From NCBI GenBank assembly GCA_040775045.1, contig JAXGTH010000004.1, positions 1-50,435 on the forward strand: 50,435 nucleotides of DNA, given 5' to 3'. The stretch comes from Bacteroidales bacterium. Its GTDB lineage: Bacteria; Bacteroidota; Bacteroidia; Bacteroidales; B18-G4. The translations under genes were made by a program, and so were the position numbers. Positions 20,460 to 30,037 of this stretch are shown piece by piece. Each line of letters opens with the position of its first letter. Position 1 is the first letter of the stretch. Below the pieces are notes generated by a model, which did not search any database, was not told the origin of the DNA, and was given only the letters and a program-made list of their open reading frames with translations.

Positions 20460-20705
20460 ATGGATAAGATCAAAAGGGCAATCAGGATCATGAATATCGT
20501 CCGCATCGTGGCGATCGTGCTGGTGGTAGCCTCCGGGATCCTTTATTTCACTGCCAGGGAATATGCTTTCTATCCTGCCATTGCAGGCTTTGCCATCATC
20601 GCCCTGATCAACCTTCCCCTCAACATCTGGCTGGCCATGAAAAGGGAAAGGATGAAGAAGGAACATCTCAGGAAGTTTGACCAACAGGAAAAGGATGACC
20701 GCTAA
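20460..20705 (+). CDS. Small two-TM membrane protein of unknown function
   Basis: Two hydrophobic helices and a charged tail; fills the gap between co-oriented genes and overlaps the next start. Confidence 0.7.
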   Translation: MDKIKRAIRIMNIVRIVAIVLVVASGILYFTAREYAFYPAIAGFAIIALINLPLNIWLAMKRERMKKEHLRKFDQQEKDDR

Positions 20706-21489
20706 TATCCTCTACAAGGGCAGAAAGATCTGGTACCGTGATAAAGGGAAAGGGCAGGTGATCGTGTTGCTGCACGGTTTCCTCGAAAACATGGGCATGT
20801 GGGATTATTTTACCCGGAAGTTATCGGATCATTACCGCGTGGTCACTATCGACCTTCCCGGCTTTGGGCGCAGTGAATGCATCCACCGCGTTCATCTCAT
20901 GGAGCAGATGGCCACAGCGGTGAACAGGGTGCTGAAGGAACTGGAAATTACTAAATGCCTGATGATCGGGCATTCCATGGGAGGCTATGTCACACTGGCC
21001 TTTGCTTCGAAATACCCGCGAAAGCTGAAAGCTTTCGGGCTGCTGCATTCTCATGCCCTGGCCGACACCCCGGAGGGGAAACTTAACCGCAACAGGGCCA
21101 TCAACATTGTCAGCTCCGATCACGGCAATTTCATCATGAACTTCTTCCCCGAACTCTTTGCCCCGGCCAATGTGCAACGTTTCGGCAAGGAGATCGAAAA
21201 AATGTACCATGAAGCCCTGAAAACATCGCCCAAGGCCATCATCGCTGCCCTGGAAGGCATGAAATACCGTACCGACAAACTCGATGTGCTGGTAAAGTCG
21301 AGGGTACCGGTGCTTTTCATTCTCGGAAAACAGGACAGCCGGGTACCTTTTGAGAAGACCCTGGCACAGGCCGCCCTGCCCGCCGACGGCGAGATCATTG
21401 TCCTGAGCGACGTAGGGCACATGGGACATATAGAGCAACGTAAAAAGACGCTGAAAGCCATCGAGGGCTTTGCGGAAAAAGTATTCTGA
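20695..21489 (+). CDS. Alpha/beta hydrolase
   Basis: LLHGF, DLPGFG, nucleophile elbow GHSMGG, GKQD, GHM. Confidence 0.9.
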   Translation: MTANILYKGRKIWYRDKGKGQVIVLLHGFLENMGMWDYFTRKLSDHYRVVTIDLPGFGRSECIHRVHLMEQMATAVNRVLKELEITKCLMIGHSMGGYVTLAFASKYPRKLKAFGLLHSHALADTPEGKLNRNRAINIVSSDHGNFIMNFFPELFAPANVQRFGKEIEKMYHEALKTSPKAIIAALEGMKYRTDKLDVLVKSRVPVLFILGKQDSRVPFEKTLAQAALPADGEIIVLSDVGHMGHIEQRKKTLKAIEGFAEKVF

Positions 21490-21557
21490 GGGTCCGGCAT
21501 GCCAGAACAGCCTGTGTTAAGCAATGTTAATTCTTTACCCCTTTGTTACGAAATGTA

Positions 21558-21565
21558 TATTTTTG
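21558..21565 (+). promoter_or_regulatory. -7 element for the TMTC-like/KAS III unit
   Basis: TATTTTTG 40 nt upstream of ATG 21606. Confidence 0.55.
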
Positions 21566-21605
21566 TTCCCGATTCCAGGTAAAAAAGCACTAAGCTGTCG
21601 TCATT

Positions 21606-23642
21606 ATGGTAAAAGAACTGAAGGATCCGGCCCGTAGGGTTTCTGACAGGAACACCAGGATATTTTTTGTGGTTTTCATCATCGCATTCACCTTTATCCT
21701 TTACGGGAATACGGTCAGGAACGGATATTCGCTCGACGATTACATCATACAGGGTGTGGATACAGAGCTTTCGGGCAATTTCCTGAAATCCCTCAGTGAA
21801 ATCTTCACAACCACATACACCACGGTAAACACCGGCGACGGCATCGAAAAATCCTTCGGGTACCGGCCGGTGGTACGCCTGGTCTTTGCCGTGGAATATG
21901 CCATCTTCGGGGCCCGACCCGGCATCGGGCACTTCATCAACATCCTCTTCTACCTGGCAGTGGTGCTGTTGCTTTACCGCATCCTGCAACGCATCTTCAG
22001 GGGATACAATATCTGGTTCCCTTTTGTGATCACCTTACTTTTCATGGCCCACCCGGTCCATACCGAAGTGGTGGCCAGCTTGAAGAACAGGGACGAGTTG
22101 ATCAGCATGTTTCTATCCCTGCTGACACTCCTGCTGCTGCTGAAATACAGCGACAGGGGCAGGACACGGCACCTTTTGCTGGGCCTTTTGCTGTATGTGC
22201 TGGCTTTCCTTTCGAAGCCGACCGCCCTGGCATTCTGGCTGGTCTTCCCGCTCACGCTCTATTTCTTCACCGGCATGAAGATCAGGAGGATCCTGCTCAT
22301 CACGGGCCTTATCACACTGATGATCGTGATCGGGGGGATGATGCCTTTCTGGTTCCTCGACAGGGTAAGGGATGTTTCCATGGTCGACAACCCCCTGTAT
22401 TTCGAGGATAATTTCTGGAACATTCTGGGCACGGGTATGTACAGCCTGCTGTATTACCTGAGGCTCCTGGCAGTGCCCCACCCCCTCCTGTATTACTATG
22501 GTTACGACATGATCCCGGTGGTGAACCTTGCAAACCCCTGGGTAGTCCTCAGCATATTGCTTCACCTTGCCCTGCTGGGCATTGCCATCCTGAAGTTCAG
22601 GGAAAAGCATGTGATCTCATACGCCATACTCTTCTACCTGCTCACCATAGCCATGTACAGCAACATCGTTCAGCCGGTGCCGGGTATCATAGGCGAACGT
22701 TTCCTGCTGGTGCCCTCCATCGCTTTTGCCATGGCCCTGGCATGGGTGCTCTTCATGATCTTTAAGGCGGTGCCTACATCAACCTCCATCAGGGCAAGCC
22801 GGATTTTCTTCGTGACGGTCTTCACTGTCCTTATTCTTATCCCGTACACCTGGAAGACCATCGACAGGAACAGGGACTGGGCATCTGAAATCTCGCTGTT
22901 CCGGGCCGATGAGAAGCATCTCGACAGGTCGGTGAAGGCCCATGACCTCATGGGAACGATCATCATGCGCAACGTGGAGCGGGAACTGGCCAAACAGGTC
23001 AATGTGGCGAAATTCCTGATGCCGCAGATCAGGCAATCCATCGGGCATTTCGAAAGTGCCGTGGAGATCTGGCCCGGTCATGCCTCCTCCTGGAAGAACC
23101 TGGGCATGATCTATAACAATCCGAGGATTGCCGAGCATTTCCTTGCCAGTGGCGATACGCTCGAATACCTGCATTTTAAAAAGAAGGCCGTTTCGTCCTT
23201 CAAACAGGCACTGGTCCTGGAACCCGGCGACGGCAAGGCGCTGTTCAACCTGGGATTTACCTACGAGAACACGGGCAGGATGGATTCTGCCATGTTCTAT
23301 TACGAAAAATGCATCCGGCACAACCCCGGTATCATCAACCCGCGTTCGCGGCTTGCCGACCTGAAATTCATGATGGGCGATGTACAGGAGGCCATCAGGC
23401 TGAACAGGGAGATCATCCGTATCGACCCGATGGAGGCCCTGCCTTATGTAAGCTTCGGCAACTATTACATGATCATGGGCGATACGCTGAAAGCCATCGA
23501 AAGCTACGAGGAAGCCGCCAAAAGGAATACACGTCCCGAAGTGTTCGCTTTCCTTGCGGAATACTATTCCGGTGAAGGGAACGAAGAGAAAGCCCGGTAC
23601 TACCGTAACCTATACAACCAGGCCACGCGGCCGCAACCATGA
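21606..23642 (+). CDS. TMTC-like GT-C membrane glycosyltransferase with C-terminal TPR repeats
   Basis: LYGN..YSLDD, YRP, LFMAHPVHTEVV..RDEL, LSK, GERFL..PS, RNRDW, then TPR helices (ALFNLGFTY, PYVSFGNYY). Confidence 0.8.
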   Translation: MVKELKDPARRVSDRNTRIFFVVFIIAFTFILYGNTVRNGYSLDDYIIQGVDTELSGNFLKSLSEIFTTTYTTVNTGDGIEKSFGYRPVVRLVFAVEYAIFGARPGIGHFINILFYLAVVLLLYRILQRIFRGYNIWFPFVITLLFMAHPVHTEVVASLKNRDELISMFLSLLTLLLLLKYSDRGRTRHLLLGLLLYVLAFLSKPTALAFWLVFPLTLYFFTGMKIRRILLITGLITLMIVIGGMMPFWFLDRVRDVSMVDNPLYFEDNFWNILGTGMYSLLYYLRLLAVPHPLLYYYGYDMIPVVNLANPWVVLSILLHLALLGIAILKFREKHVISYAILFYLLTIAMYSNIVQPVPGIIGERFLLVPSIAFAMALAWVLFMIFKAVPTSTSIRASRIFFVTVFTVLILIPYTWKTIDRNRDWASEISLFRADEKHLDRSVKAHDLMGTIIMRNVERELAKQVNVAKFLMPQIRQSIGHFESAVEIWPGHASSWKNLGMIYNNPRIAEHFLASGDTLEYLHFKKKAVSSFKQALVLEPGDGKALFNLGFTYENTGRMDSAMFYYEKCIRHNPGIINPRSRLADLKFMMGDVQEAIRLNREIIRIDPMEALPYVSFGNYYMIMGDTLKAIESYEEAAKRNTRPEVFAFLAEYYSGEGNEEKARYYRNLYNQATRPQP

Positions 23643-24658
23643 TGAAAAGTTATATCAGGGCCATCAGCTACCACCTGCCCGGGCAGGCGCTCACCAACGA
23701 AGACCTGGCGAAGGAATTCCCTGGACTTAAGATCGACGACCTCACGAGGCTCACGGGTGTGCGGACGAGGTATATCGCCAGGGAAGAGGATACCGCCGCC
23801 GACCTGGCCTATGCGGCTGCCCTGCGTCTTTTTGAAGAACACCGGATCAGCCCCGGTGATATCGACCACATCATCTTCTGCGCCCAGGGAGCCGATTACC
23901 TGACCCCATCGACAGCCTGCCTGCTGCAGGACCGCCTGGGCATCCCCACCAATGCCGGCTCACTGGATATCAACCAGGGCTGTACGGGATACATCTACGG
24001 ACTGAGCACCGCCAACGGGCTGATCGCCACCGGCAATGCCAGGAATGTGCTACTGCTCACCTCGGTGAACATCTCCGAACTTATCCATCCGAAAGACAAG
24101 AGCGATAAGGCCATCTTCGGCGACGGCGCCGCCGCCACGCTGGTCAGCGCCGCCAATGACATGCCCGACTCGTATATCGGTGATTTTGTGTTTGGCACCG
24201 ATGGCAGCGGCTACGAGGCCATCATCATCAAAAACGGCGGGGCACGCTATCCCTACTACAAATATCCATCGGACGATTACACCGATGCTTCGGGCAATAT
24301 CCGCAACGACCGCAACTTCTATATGAACGGCGCAGCCGTGTTCACCTTTTCCGTGGAGAAGGTCCCCGTGATGATCAGGCAGCTTTTAGCGAAGGCCGGC
24401 ATCGGCCCTGAGGATGTTGACCTTTATGTGCTGCACCAGGCCAACCAGATCATCCTTGAGAGCATCTTCAGGAAAATGAAGATTCCGGAGGAGAAGCAAC
24501 TGTTCCACCTCGAAAATTGCGGCAACACGGTATCTTCGACCATCCCCATCGCACTGTACCATGCCATTGACGACGGTAAGCTTAAGCGGGGGGATACCCT
24601 GATACTTGCCGGATTTGGGGTGGGATTCTCCTGGGCGGGATGTGTGGTGAGGTATTAG
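23639..24658 (+). CDS. KAS III / FabH-like ketoacyl-ACP synthase 1
   Basis: Cys-His-Asn triad (NQGCTGY, LHQAN, CGNTVSS), FGDGAAAT, GFGVG.SW; ATGA overlap with the upstream gene. Confidence 0.9.
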   Translation: MMKSYIRAISYHLPGQALTNEDLAKEFPGLKIDDLTRLTGVRTRYIAREEDTAADLAYAAALRLFEEHRISPGDIDHIIFCAQGADYLTPSTACLLQDRLGIPTNAGSLDINQGCTGYIYGLSTANGLIATGNARNVLLLTSVNISELIHPKDKSDKAIFGDGAAATLVSAANDMPDSYIGDFVFGTDGSGYEAIIIKNGGARYPYYKYPSDDYTDASGNIRNDRNFYMNGAAVFTFSVEKVPVMIRQLLAKAGIGPEDVDLYVLHQANQIILESIFRKMKIPEEKQLFHLENCGNTVSSTIPIALYHAIDDGKLKRGDTLILAGFGVGFSWAGCVVRY

Positions 24659-26700
24659 GATTTGTCAAGCAGCAACCTTATCCCTTCCTCCACCAGCTGG
24701 TTCACGCTGCTGTCCTTCAGGAAGGATTCGATGGGCCACTCCACCCCAAAATGCCTGCTCACATCACGCTCGAGGCTGACGGCCATGATCGAGTCCAGCC
24801 CGTAAGATGAAAGGGGCTTGTCGGGATCGATGCTTTCAGGAGCGATTTTCAGTTGCCAGGCGATCCAGCTGATCAGCCAATCATGCAGGTAGCCCGGGCT
24901 AAAGTCTACCATGGGAGCGATGTTGCTTATCTCCGGATCTATCTCCCTTGAAGCCACAACTTTCAATTCTTTGTTGATCCATGCTTTGCGCATGGCCTGT
25001 CTCCTGACCTTTCCGCTGGTGGTTTTCAGCAGGCTTCCGGGGCTGACCAGAACGATTGCAAAGGCTTGTATGCCATGCTCTCCGACAACGGTATTCATAA
25101 TGGCCGCAAAAACCTCATCAGCATTCAGGCTCCTCATGGCTGTACGTTCCAGTTCCTGCACAATGACCAGCCTTTCCTCCTGCCCGATCTCCACAGAAAA
25201 TGCAGCGCAGGAATCTGTCCTGAGCGCATCATGGCTGTTGCCGGCAGTATATTCGATATCTGTGGCAAAAAAGTTGCTTCCTCTGATGATGATCAAATCC
25301 TTAAGCCTGCCGGTAATGTAAAGCTGTCCATCATGGATAAAACCCAGGTCGCCGGTCCTCAGCCAAGGCCCGTCACCTGTCCCTTCAATAAATGCGTTGA
25401 ACCTTTCGGTGGTTCTTTCCGGATCATCCCAGTATCCTTTAGCCACCGAAGGGCCTTTCAACCATATCTCTCCGATCTCATCAATAGCGGCAGGCCTTTT
25501 GCTTTCCGGATCGATGATGGCAACGCTCATGCCCAGCCATGGGAAACCGCAGGCAGTAAACACCCGGTCATGCTTTCTACCGGAGGGGACGATCCTCCCT
25601 TTTTCCAGCGCCACGGCATCGAGGCTCAGGTAAACAGGTTCCTTGCTATGATCCCCTCCGGTAGCGATCAGAACAGATTCGGCCAGGCCGTAGCACGGAT
25701 AAAACTGCCGCTCACTGAAGGATGCTGCACTGAACTTGCCGGCAAAGGATGCAAGGGTATCCCTCCTGACCGGCTCCGAACCGCAGAACATTGTAGTGAC
25801 CGATGAAAGGTCGAGTTTTGACAGTTCATCGTCTGGGATCCTGGATATGCAATACTCATAGGCGAAGTTGGGCCCGCCGGCATTGGTGGCCTTGTATTTC
25901 GTGATGTTCCTGAACCAGCAAAGCGGGTCCTGTATGAATTTCATGGGAGGGATGATCACATTTGTGGCCCCAAGATAGGCCGGTTGTATTAGACAGCCGA
26001 TAAGCCCCATATCATGAAAATTCGGCAGCCAGTTGACCCCGACCAGGTTTTCATCAAATCCAAAGGACCTCTTAATGCATTCCGAATTATGAATTATGTT
26101 GGCATGGGTAAGCACAACACCATTTGGTTCGCCTGTCGACCCTGAGGTGTACTGAATCATGGCAAGGTCATTGCCGTTAAGCCCTGGATCTGCCCATTCA
26201 TCCGACATCTTGTCCGCCACATCCTCAATAGCCAGCATGACCAATTCCCCAAGTTCAGGGATATCCCCCGTCAGGGCTTCGAGATCCTTCTTTATCTTCC
26301 TGGTGGTCAGAATTACTGACGGCTGTGCATTGCCTATTATTGCCCTGAAGCGCCGGTTTATCCTTTTCTTCCTGGGCGGATACGCCGGAACAGCAATCAT
26401 CCCTGCATAAAAACAACCATAAAGTGCCAGGATGAAATCGATCCCTGTCGGGAATAAGAGCAGCACACGGTCACCCCTTGAGCCTATCCCGCAAAGAGAT
26501 GCGGCAATGGCTTTCGACCTGACCGAAATGCCAGCACAGCTGACTCTTTCCCTTTCGTTTTCACCATCCTCGAGAAAAACATATACCGTTTTATCCGGTG
26601 TTCTATCAGCATGATGTTCAATCACGGAAACAAGGTTATCCCGCAGCAGATTTATCCCTTTATCGTTCGAGATCATCATTTGTATCTGGTCCTTACCCAT
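24655..26700 (-). CDS. Fatty acyl-AMP ligase (FAAL) fused to a C-terminal phosphopantetheine carrier domain
   Basis: QYTSGSTG, WLPNFHDMGLIG, PCYGLAES followed by a FAAL-type insertion, LRTGDLGF, GRLKDLII, KTTSGK, and YGLDSI near the C-terminus. Confidence 0.88.
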   Translation of the reverse strand: MGKDQIQMMISNDKGINLLRDNLVSVIEHHADRTPDKTVYVFLEDGENERERVSCAGISVRSKAIAASLCGIGSRGDRVLLLFPTGIDFILALYGCFYAGMIAVPAYPPRKKRINRRFRAIIGNAQPSVILTTRKIKKDLEALTGDIPELGELVMLAIEDVADKMSDEWADPGLNGNDLAMIQYTSGSTGEPNGVVLTHANIIHNSECIKRSFGFDENLVGVNWLPNFHDMGLIGCLIQPAYLGATNVIIPPMKFIQDPLCWFRNITKYKATNAGGPNFAYEYCISRIPDDELSKLDLSSVTTMFCGSEPVRRDTLASFAGKFSAASFSERQFYPCYGLAESVLIATGGDHSKEPVYLSLDAVALEKGRIVPSGRKHDRVFTACGFPWLGMSVAIIDPESKRPAAIDEIGEIWLKGPSVAKGYWDDPERTTERFNAFIEGTGDGPWLRTGDLGFIHDGQLYITGRLKDLIIIRGSNFFATDIEYTAGNSHDALRTDSCAAFSVEIGQEERLVIVQELERTAMRSLNADEVFAAIMNTVVGEHGIQAFAIVLVSPGSLLKTTSGKVRRQAMRKAWINKELKVVASREIDPEISNIAPMVDFSPGYLHDWLISWIAWQLKIAPESIDPDKPLSSYGLDSIMAVSLERDVSRHFGVEWPIESFLKDSSVNQLVEEGIRLLLDKS

Positions 26701-26748
26701 CTGTCTGGTATCGTTCTAAACAAAGTTTTTCATGCCTTACGGATGCGG

Positions 26749-28152
26749 TCAGAGATCCCTTTCAACCCCACTGATAAGCTCCGGAAAAGTATTGGCCATT
26801 GTCAGGATCTCCTTTTGCGATTCAAAAACAAGGTTGCGCATATGAAGGTTAGAAGAAAAAGCCCATGCAGCCGTGCCCGGGTTCTTCGTGATCTTCATGG
26901 TTTTAAGGAACTTGCGCTTGAGTGTCTTCAAGTCATAAAGTCTTTCCCAGTTCTCCTGAACCGACTGTTGAAAATCATGGGCTGACATCTGCTGAGGCTC
27001 GAAAACTGCCTCAGTATAGTTATACCTTTCCCAGTCTTCCGGGTAATTGGTATACAACAAGCGTCCTTCATCAAGGAACCTGTTGTACAGCAGTGTCCCG
27101 GGCAGGGGCGTCAGGATGGTTGCCTGCATGATATCGATATCGGCACTGAGCATATAACTGGTCCGGTTGTACATGGTTTCAGGCGTATCGTTTTCAAGGC
27201 CAAAAATGAAGGCTCCCATCACTGCAATTTCGTACCGGTGAATCTTGCGGTAGACTTCCGCATACCGGTCAACACCTATCCTCAGGTTTACACTTTTATT
27301 GGCTTTCTCCAACTGGTCGATCAGTTCAGATTCGATGCCCAGGAAGATCAGCTTGCATCCGCTCAGGGCAGCCCATTTCAGCAGCTCTTCATCCTCGGCG
27401 ATATTCATGCTGGCAGAACCGGCCCATTGCTTTTGGGCTCCTCTTTCAACGATGCCCCTGAAGAATTCCAGGGCATGGTTGCGTGCTGCCCTGCTGTAGC
27501 CCACAAAGTTGTCGTCGACGATATATACCCGCTCCTTGTCGATGGCGGCAAAGTCATCAACCGATTTCCCGACATTACGCAGGCGGTATTTGCTCCCGTT
27601 AAAAGTATGCACCGAGCAGAACTCGCATTTCATCGGGCATCCCCGTGTGGTCTGCATGCTGCCGAATTTATAATCTGGATGGTAGAGGTCGATCCGTGGA
27701 GAGGGAGAATTGGCCATTGCCGGCAACTTTGCATGGTAAAAGCGCTGCAGGCGCCTGTGAATGAAATCGTCGATGACCCTGGCCCAGATGTCCTCGGCCT
27801 CCCCGATCACCACTGCATCCACATATCTAGAAGCCTCCTCCGGCAACATGGAGGCATGTATCCCGCCGATCACGGTTGGGACCCTGTTCTTCCTGTACTC
27901 TGTAGCAATTTCGTAACAACGGTTGATCGTCGCCGTGAGGGAGGTCAGTCCCACAAGGTCGGCATCACGGTATTCGAAGGCCGTGAAATTCTCATCGAGG
28001 ATCTCCACCTCCCAGTCGGGGGGTGTCAGGGCTGCAATGATGCCCAGAGCCATGGGAGGATATATCGAATCAGGGTCAAGCTTCAACCCCTGCCGCCTTC
28101 TGTTTACGGGGTTGACGAGGAGTAATTTATATTTCTTCTTTTTTCCTGGCAT
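26749..28152 (-). CDS. Cobalamin-binding radical SAM protein, paralog 2
   Basis: LVNP..YPPMALGIIAALTP, GGIHAS, IGEAE, TTRGCPMKCEFC, VDDN, GIESE, TPLPGT. Confidence 0.9.
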   Translation of the reverse strand: MPGKKKKYKLLLVNPVNRRRQGLKLDPDSIYPPMALGIIAALTPPDWEVEILDENFTAFEYRDADLVGLTSLTATINRCYEIATEYRKNRVPTVIGGIHASMLPEEASRYVDAVVIGEAEDIWARVIDDFIHRRLQRFYHAKLPAMANSPSPRIDLYHPDYKFGSMQTTRGCPMKCEFCSVHTFNGSKYRLRNVGKSVDDFAAIDKERVYIVDDNFVGYSRAARNHALEFFRGIVERGAQKQWAGSASMNIAEDEELLKWAALSGCKLIFLGIESELIDQLEKANKSVNLRIGVDRYAEVYRKIHRYEIAVMGAFIFGLENDTPETMYNRTSYMLSADIDIMQATILTPLPGTLLYNRFLDEGRLLYTNYPEDWERYNYTEAVFEPQQMSAHDFQQSVQENWERLYDLKTLKRKFLKTMKITKNPGTAAWAFSSNLHMRNLVFESQKEILTMANTFPELISGVERDL

Positions 28153-28183
28153 CTGGGATCACCTCTGGCGGGCACAGTCAATA

Positions 28184-29602
28184 TTACCTGAACGGGCTGG
28201 ATTTCAGCAGTTCACGGTTACTCTCATCAAGTCCGAAAATGTCTTCAATATTTTTCCTCGGGCGGATACCCTCATAAACGAGATTGTAATACTGAAGGTT
28301 AGAACCGTACGACCATATTGCGGCCAGCGGGCTCCTGGTCTGTTTGAGTGTACGCAGGAACTTCTTTTTCAGGATATGGTCGTTATACAGGGCATCCCAG
28401 TTCTTCCGGACCTCTTTCATGAACACCTCCCGGTTCATGTTCCGGTGCTCGAACACCACATCCACGAAATCATAACGCTGCCAGTCGCCGGGGTAATTGT
28501 TATACCTGATCTTGCCTTCGGCCTCCATCCTCCTGTAAAGGCCAGTGCCCGGAAGGGGGGTCAGCACGGTGGCCTGCACGGCATCGATGGCCGCATTATT
28601 GATGTATTCCGTGCGGCGGGCCATGGTCTCCGGGGTGTCGCTTTCCAGCCCGTAAATGAATGCCCCCAGCACACTGATGCCGTATTTGTGGATCTTCCTG
28701 AACACCTCGTCGTAATGGTCGATGCCGATCCTGATGTTGAGCTTTTTGTTCGTTTCCTCGAGCTGGTCGATGCGCTCCGATTCTATGCCGAGCAGCACCA
28801 TCACACATCCCGCTTTGGCCGCCAGTTCCAGCACCTCCTCATTGTCGGCGAAGTTCATGGATGCGGAGCAGAACCACTGTTTCCTGATGTCCCGCTCGAT
28901 CATCCCCCTGAACAGGTCGATGGCGCGCTGCTGCGAACGTTTCCCGTAACCGATGAGGTTGTCGTCGACGAAATAGATCTTGTCATGTTCAATCGTCTCA
29001 AGTTCATCCAGCACCTCTTCCACCGGCCTTACCCTGTAGCGGTCGCCGTTGAACTCATGCACCGAACAGAAGTCGCATTTCATCGGACATCCCCGGGTGG
29101 TCTGTATGCTTGCAAAACGGTAATTCCTGTTGAAGAGATGGCGGGCCGGATAAACGGCATTTTTGAACGGGAGAAGTTTACCATGATAAGCGGGTTTAAG
29201 CCTTCCCTGCTCAAAATCCCCGATCACCGATCTCCATACGCTCTCCGCCTCGCCCGTGACCACCACGTCGACATACTTTTGAGCTTCTTCGGGCACCATG
29301 GAGGCATGGATGCCACCCAGTACGGTGGGGATCCCTTTCTCACGGTAAATCTGCGCAAGCTCGTATGCCCTGGTCACGCTGGAGGTAAGCGCCGTGAAGC
29401 CCACCAGGTCAGCATCCCTGTATGAGAAACGCTCCCAGTTCTCATCCATGATCTCCACCTCCCAGTGTTCCGGGGTGAGGGTGGATACAATACCCAGGCC
29501 AATGGGCGGGTAGATCACATGGCTGTGGAGGATCAGCCCCTCCCGGATGGTACTGAGCGGATTGATGAGCAGCAATTTGTATTTTTTCTTCTGCACCGGC
29601 AT
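28184..29602 (-). CDS. Cobalamin-binding radical SAM protein, paralog 3
   Basis: LINP..YPPIGLGIVSTLTP, GGIHAS, TGEAE, TTRGCPMKCDFC, VDDN, GIESE, TPLPGT. Start moved to MPVQKKK. Confidence 0.9.
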   Translation of the reverse strand: MPVQKKKYKLLLINPLSTIREGLILHSHVIYPPIGLGIVSTLTPEHWEVEIMDENWERFSYRDADLVGFTALTSSVTRAYELAQIYREKGIPTVLGGIHASMVPEEAQKYVDVVVTGEAESVWRSVIGDFEQGRLKPAYHGKLLPFKNAVYPARHLFNRNYRFASIQTTRGCPMKCDFCSVHEFNGDRYRVRPVEEVLDELETIEHDKIYFVDDNLIGYGKRSQQRAIDLFRGMIERDIRKQWFCSASMNFADNEEVLELAAKAGCVMVLLGIESERIDQLEETNKKLNIRIGIDHYDEVFRKIHKYGISVLGAFIYGLESDTPETMARRTEYINNAAIDAVQATVLTPLPGTGLYRRMEAEGKIRYNNYPGDWQRYDFVDVVFEHRNMNREVFMKEVRKNWDALYNDHILKKKFLRTLKQTRSPLAAIWSYGSNLQYYNLVYEGIRPRKNIEDIFGLDESNRELLKSSPFR

Positions 29603-29608
29603 GGCCAA

Positions 29609-29764
29609 CAAAGTTAAACATAATATCATGTATCACGGGCAACAGTTTTGTGGTGACCGCACGCCCGGCAGCAAAAGGAAAAGATACATGTTCTTTCTGT
29701 ACGGATTTATTATCAATTGAGAAAACCTGATGCGCCATACTCAATGCAATTTTTTTTACTTTTG
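29609..29764. promoter_or_regulatory. Divergent promoter pair for rSAM3-rSAM2-FAAL (minus) and ACP-KASIII-SDR (plus)
   Basis: TAACTTTG on minus (29609-29616) and TACTTTTG on plus (29757-29764). Confidence 0.65.
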
Positions 29765-29776
29765 CAAAAAACAGAC

Positions 29777-30028
29777 ATGCAGCATATGGTTCCAATCGAG
29801 GAATTTATCGTAAAGGTGGAGAATGAGTTCGAGGACATGGAGAAGGGTATGCTTTCCCCCGACAGCGTGATCCGTGAACACTTCAACTGGGATTCGATCA
29901 ATGCCCTGATCTTTATCGCCCACGTGAACGTGGAATATGACGTGGTGATCACTGCCGACGACCTGATGAACTCAAATACGGTGCGCGACCTTTATAACCT
30001 GGTATCATCAAAGGCTCAGGCCGCATAA
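29777..30028 (+). CDS. Acyl carrier protein, pathway-specific type
   Basis: Acidic, about 80 aa, WDSI phosphopantetheine site, TVRDLY. Start 29777 or 29786. Confidence 0.88.
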   Translation: MQHMVPIEEFIVKVENEFEDMEKGMLSPDSVIREHFNWDSINALIFIAHVNVEYDVVITADDLMNSNTVRDLYNLVSSKAQAA

Positions 30029-30037
30029 TTCAGCCCC

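Noticed and set aside
18984-20684. 566-aa minus-strand ORF, and similar long antisense ORFs at 4816-5931, 16192-17451, 27923-29425, 32231-33622, 34916-36076 and 48622-49992
   Set aside because: Each lies opposite a well-supported gene and has no recognisable motifs; these are shadow frames caused by codon bias.
14000-29602. RiPP cluster built around the radical SAM enzymes
   Set aside because: No plausible precursor peptide, no SPASM cysteine motif or RRE visible, and no peptide exporter; neighbours are acyl and glycan enzymes.
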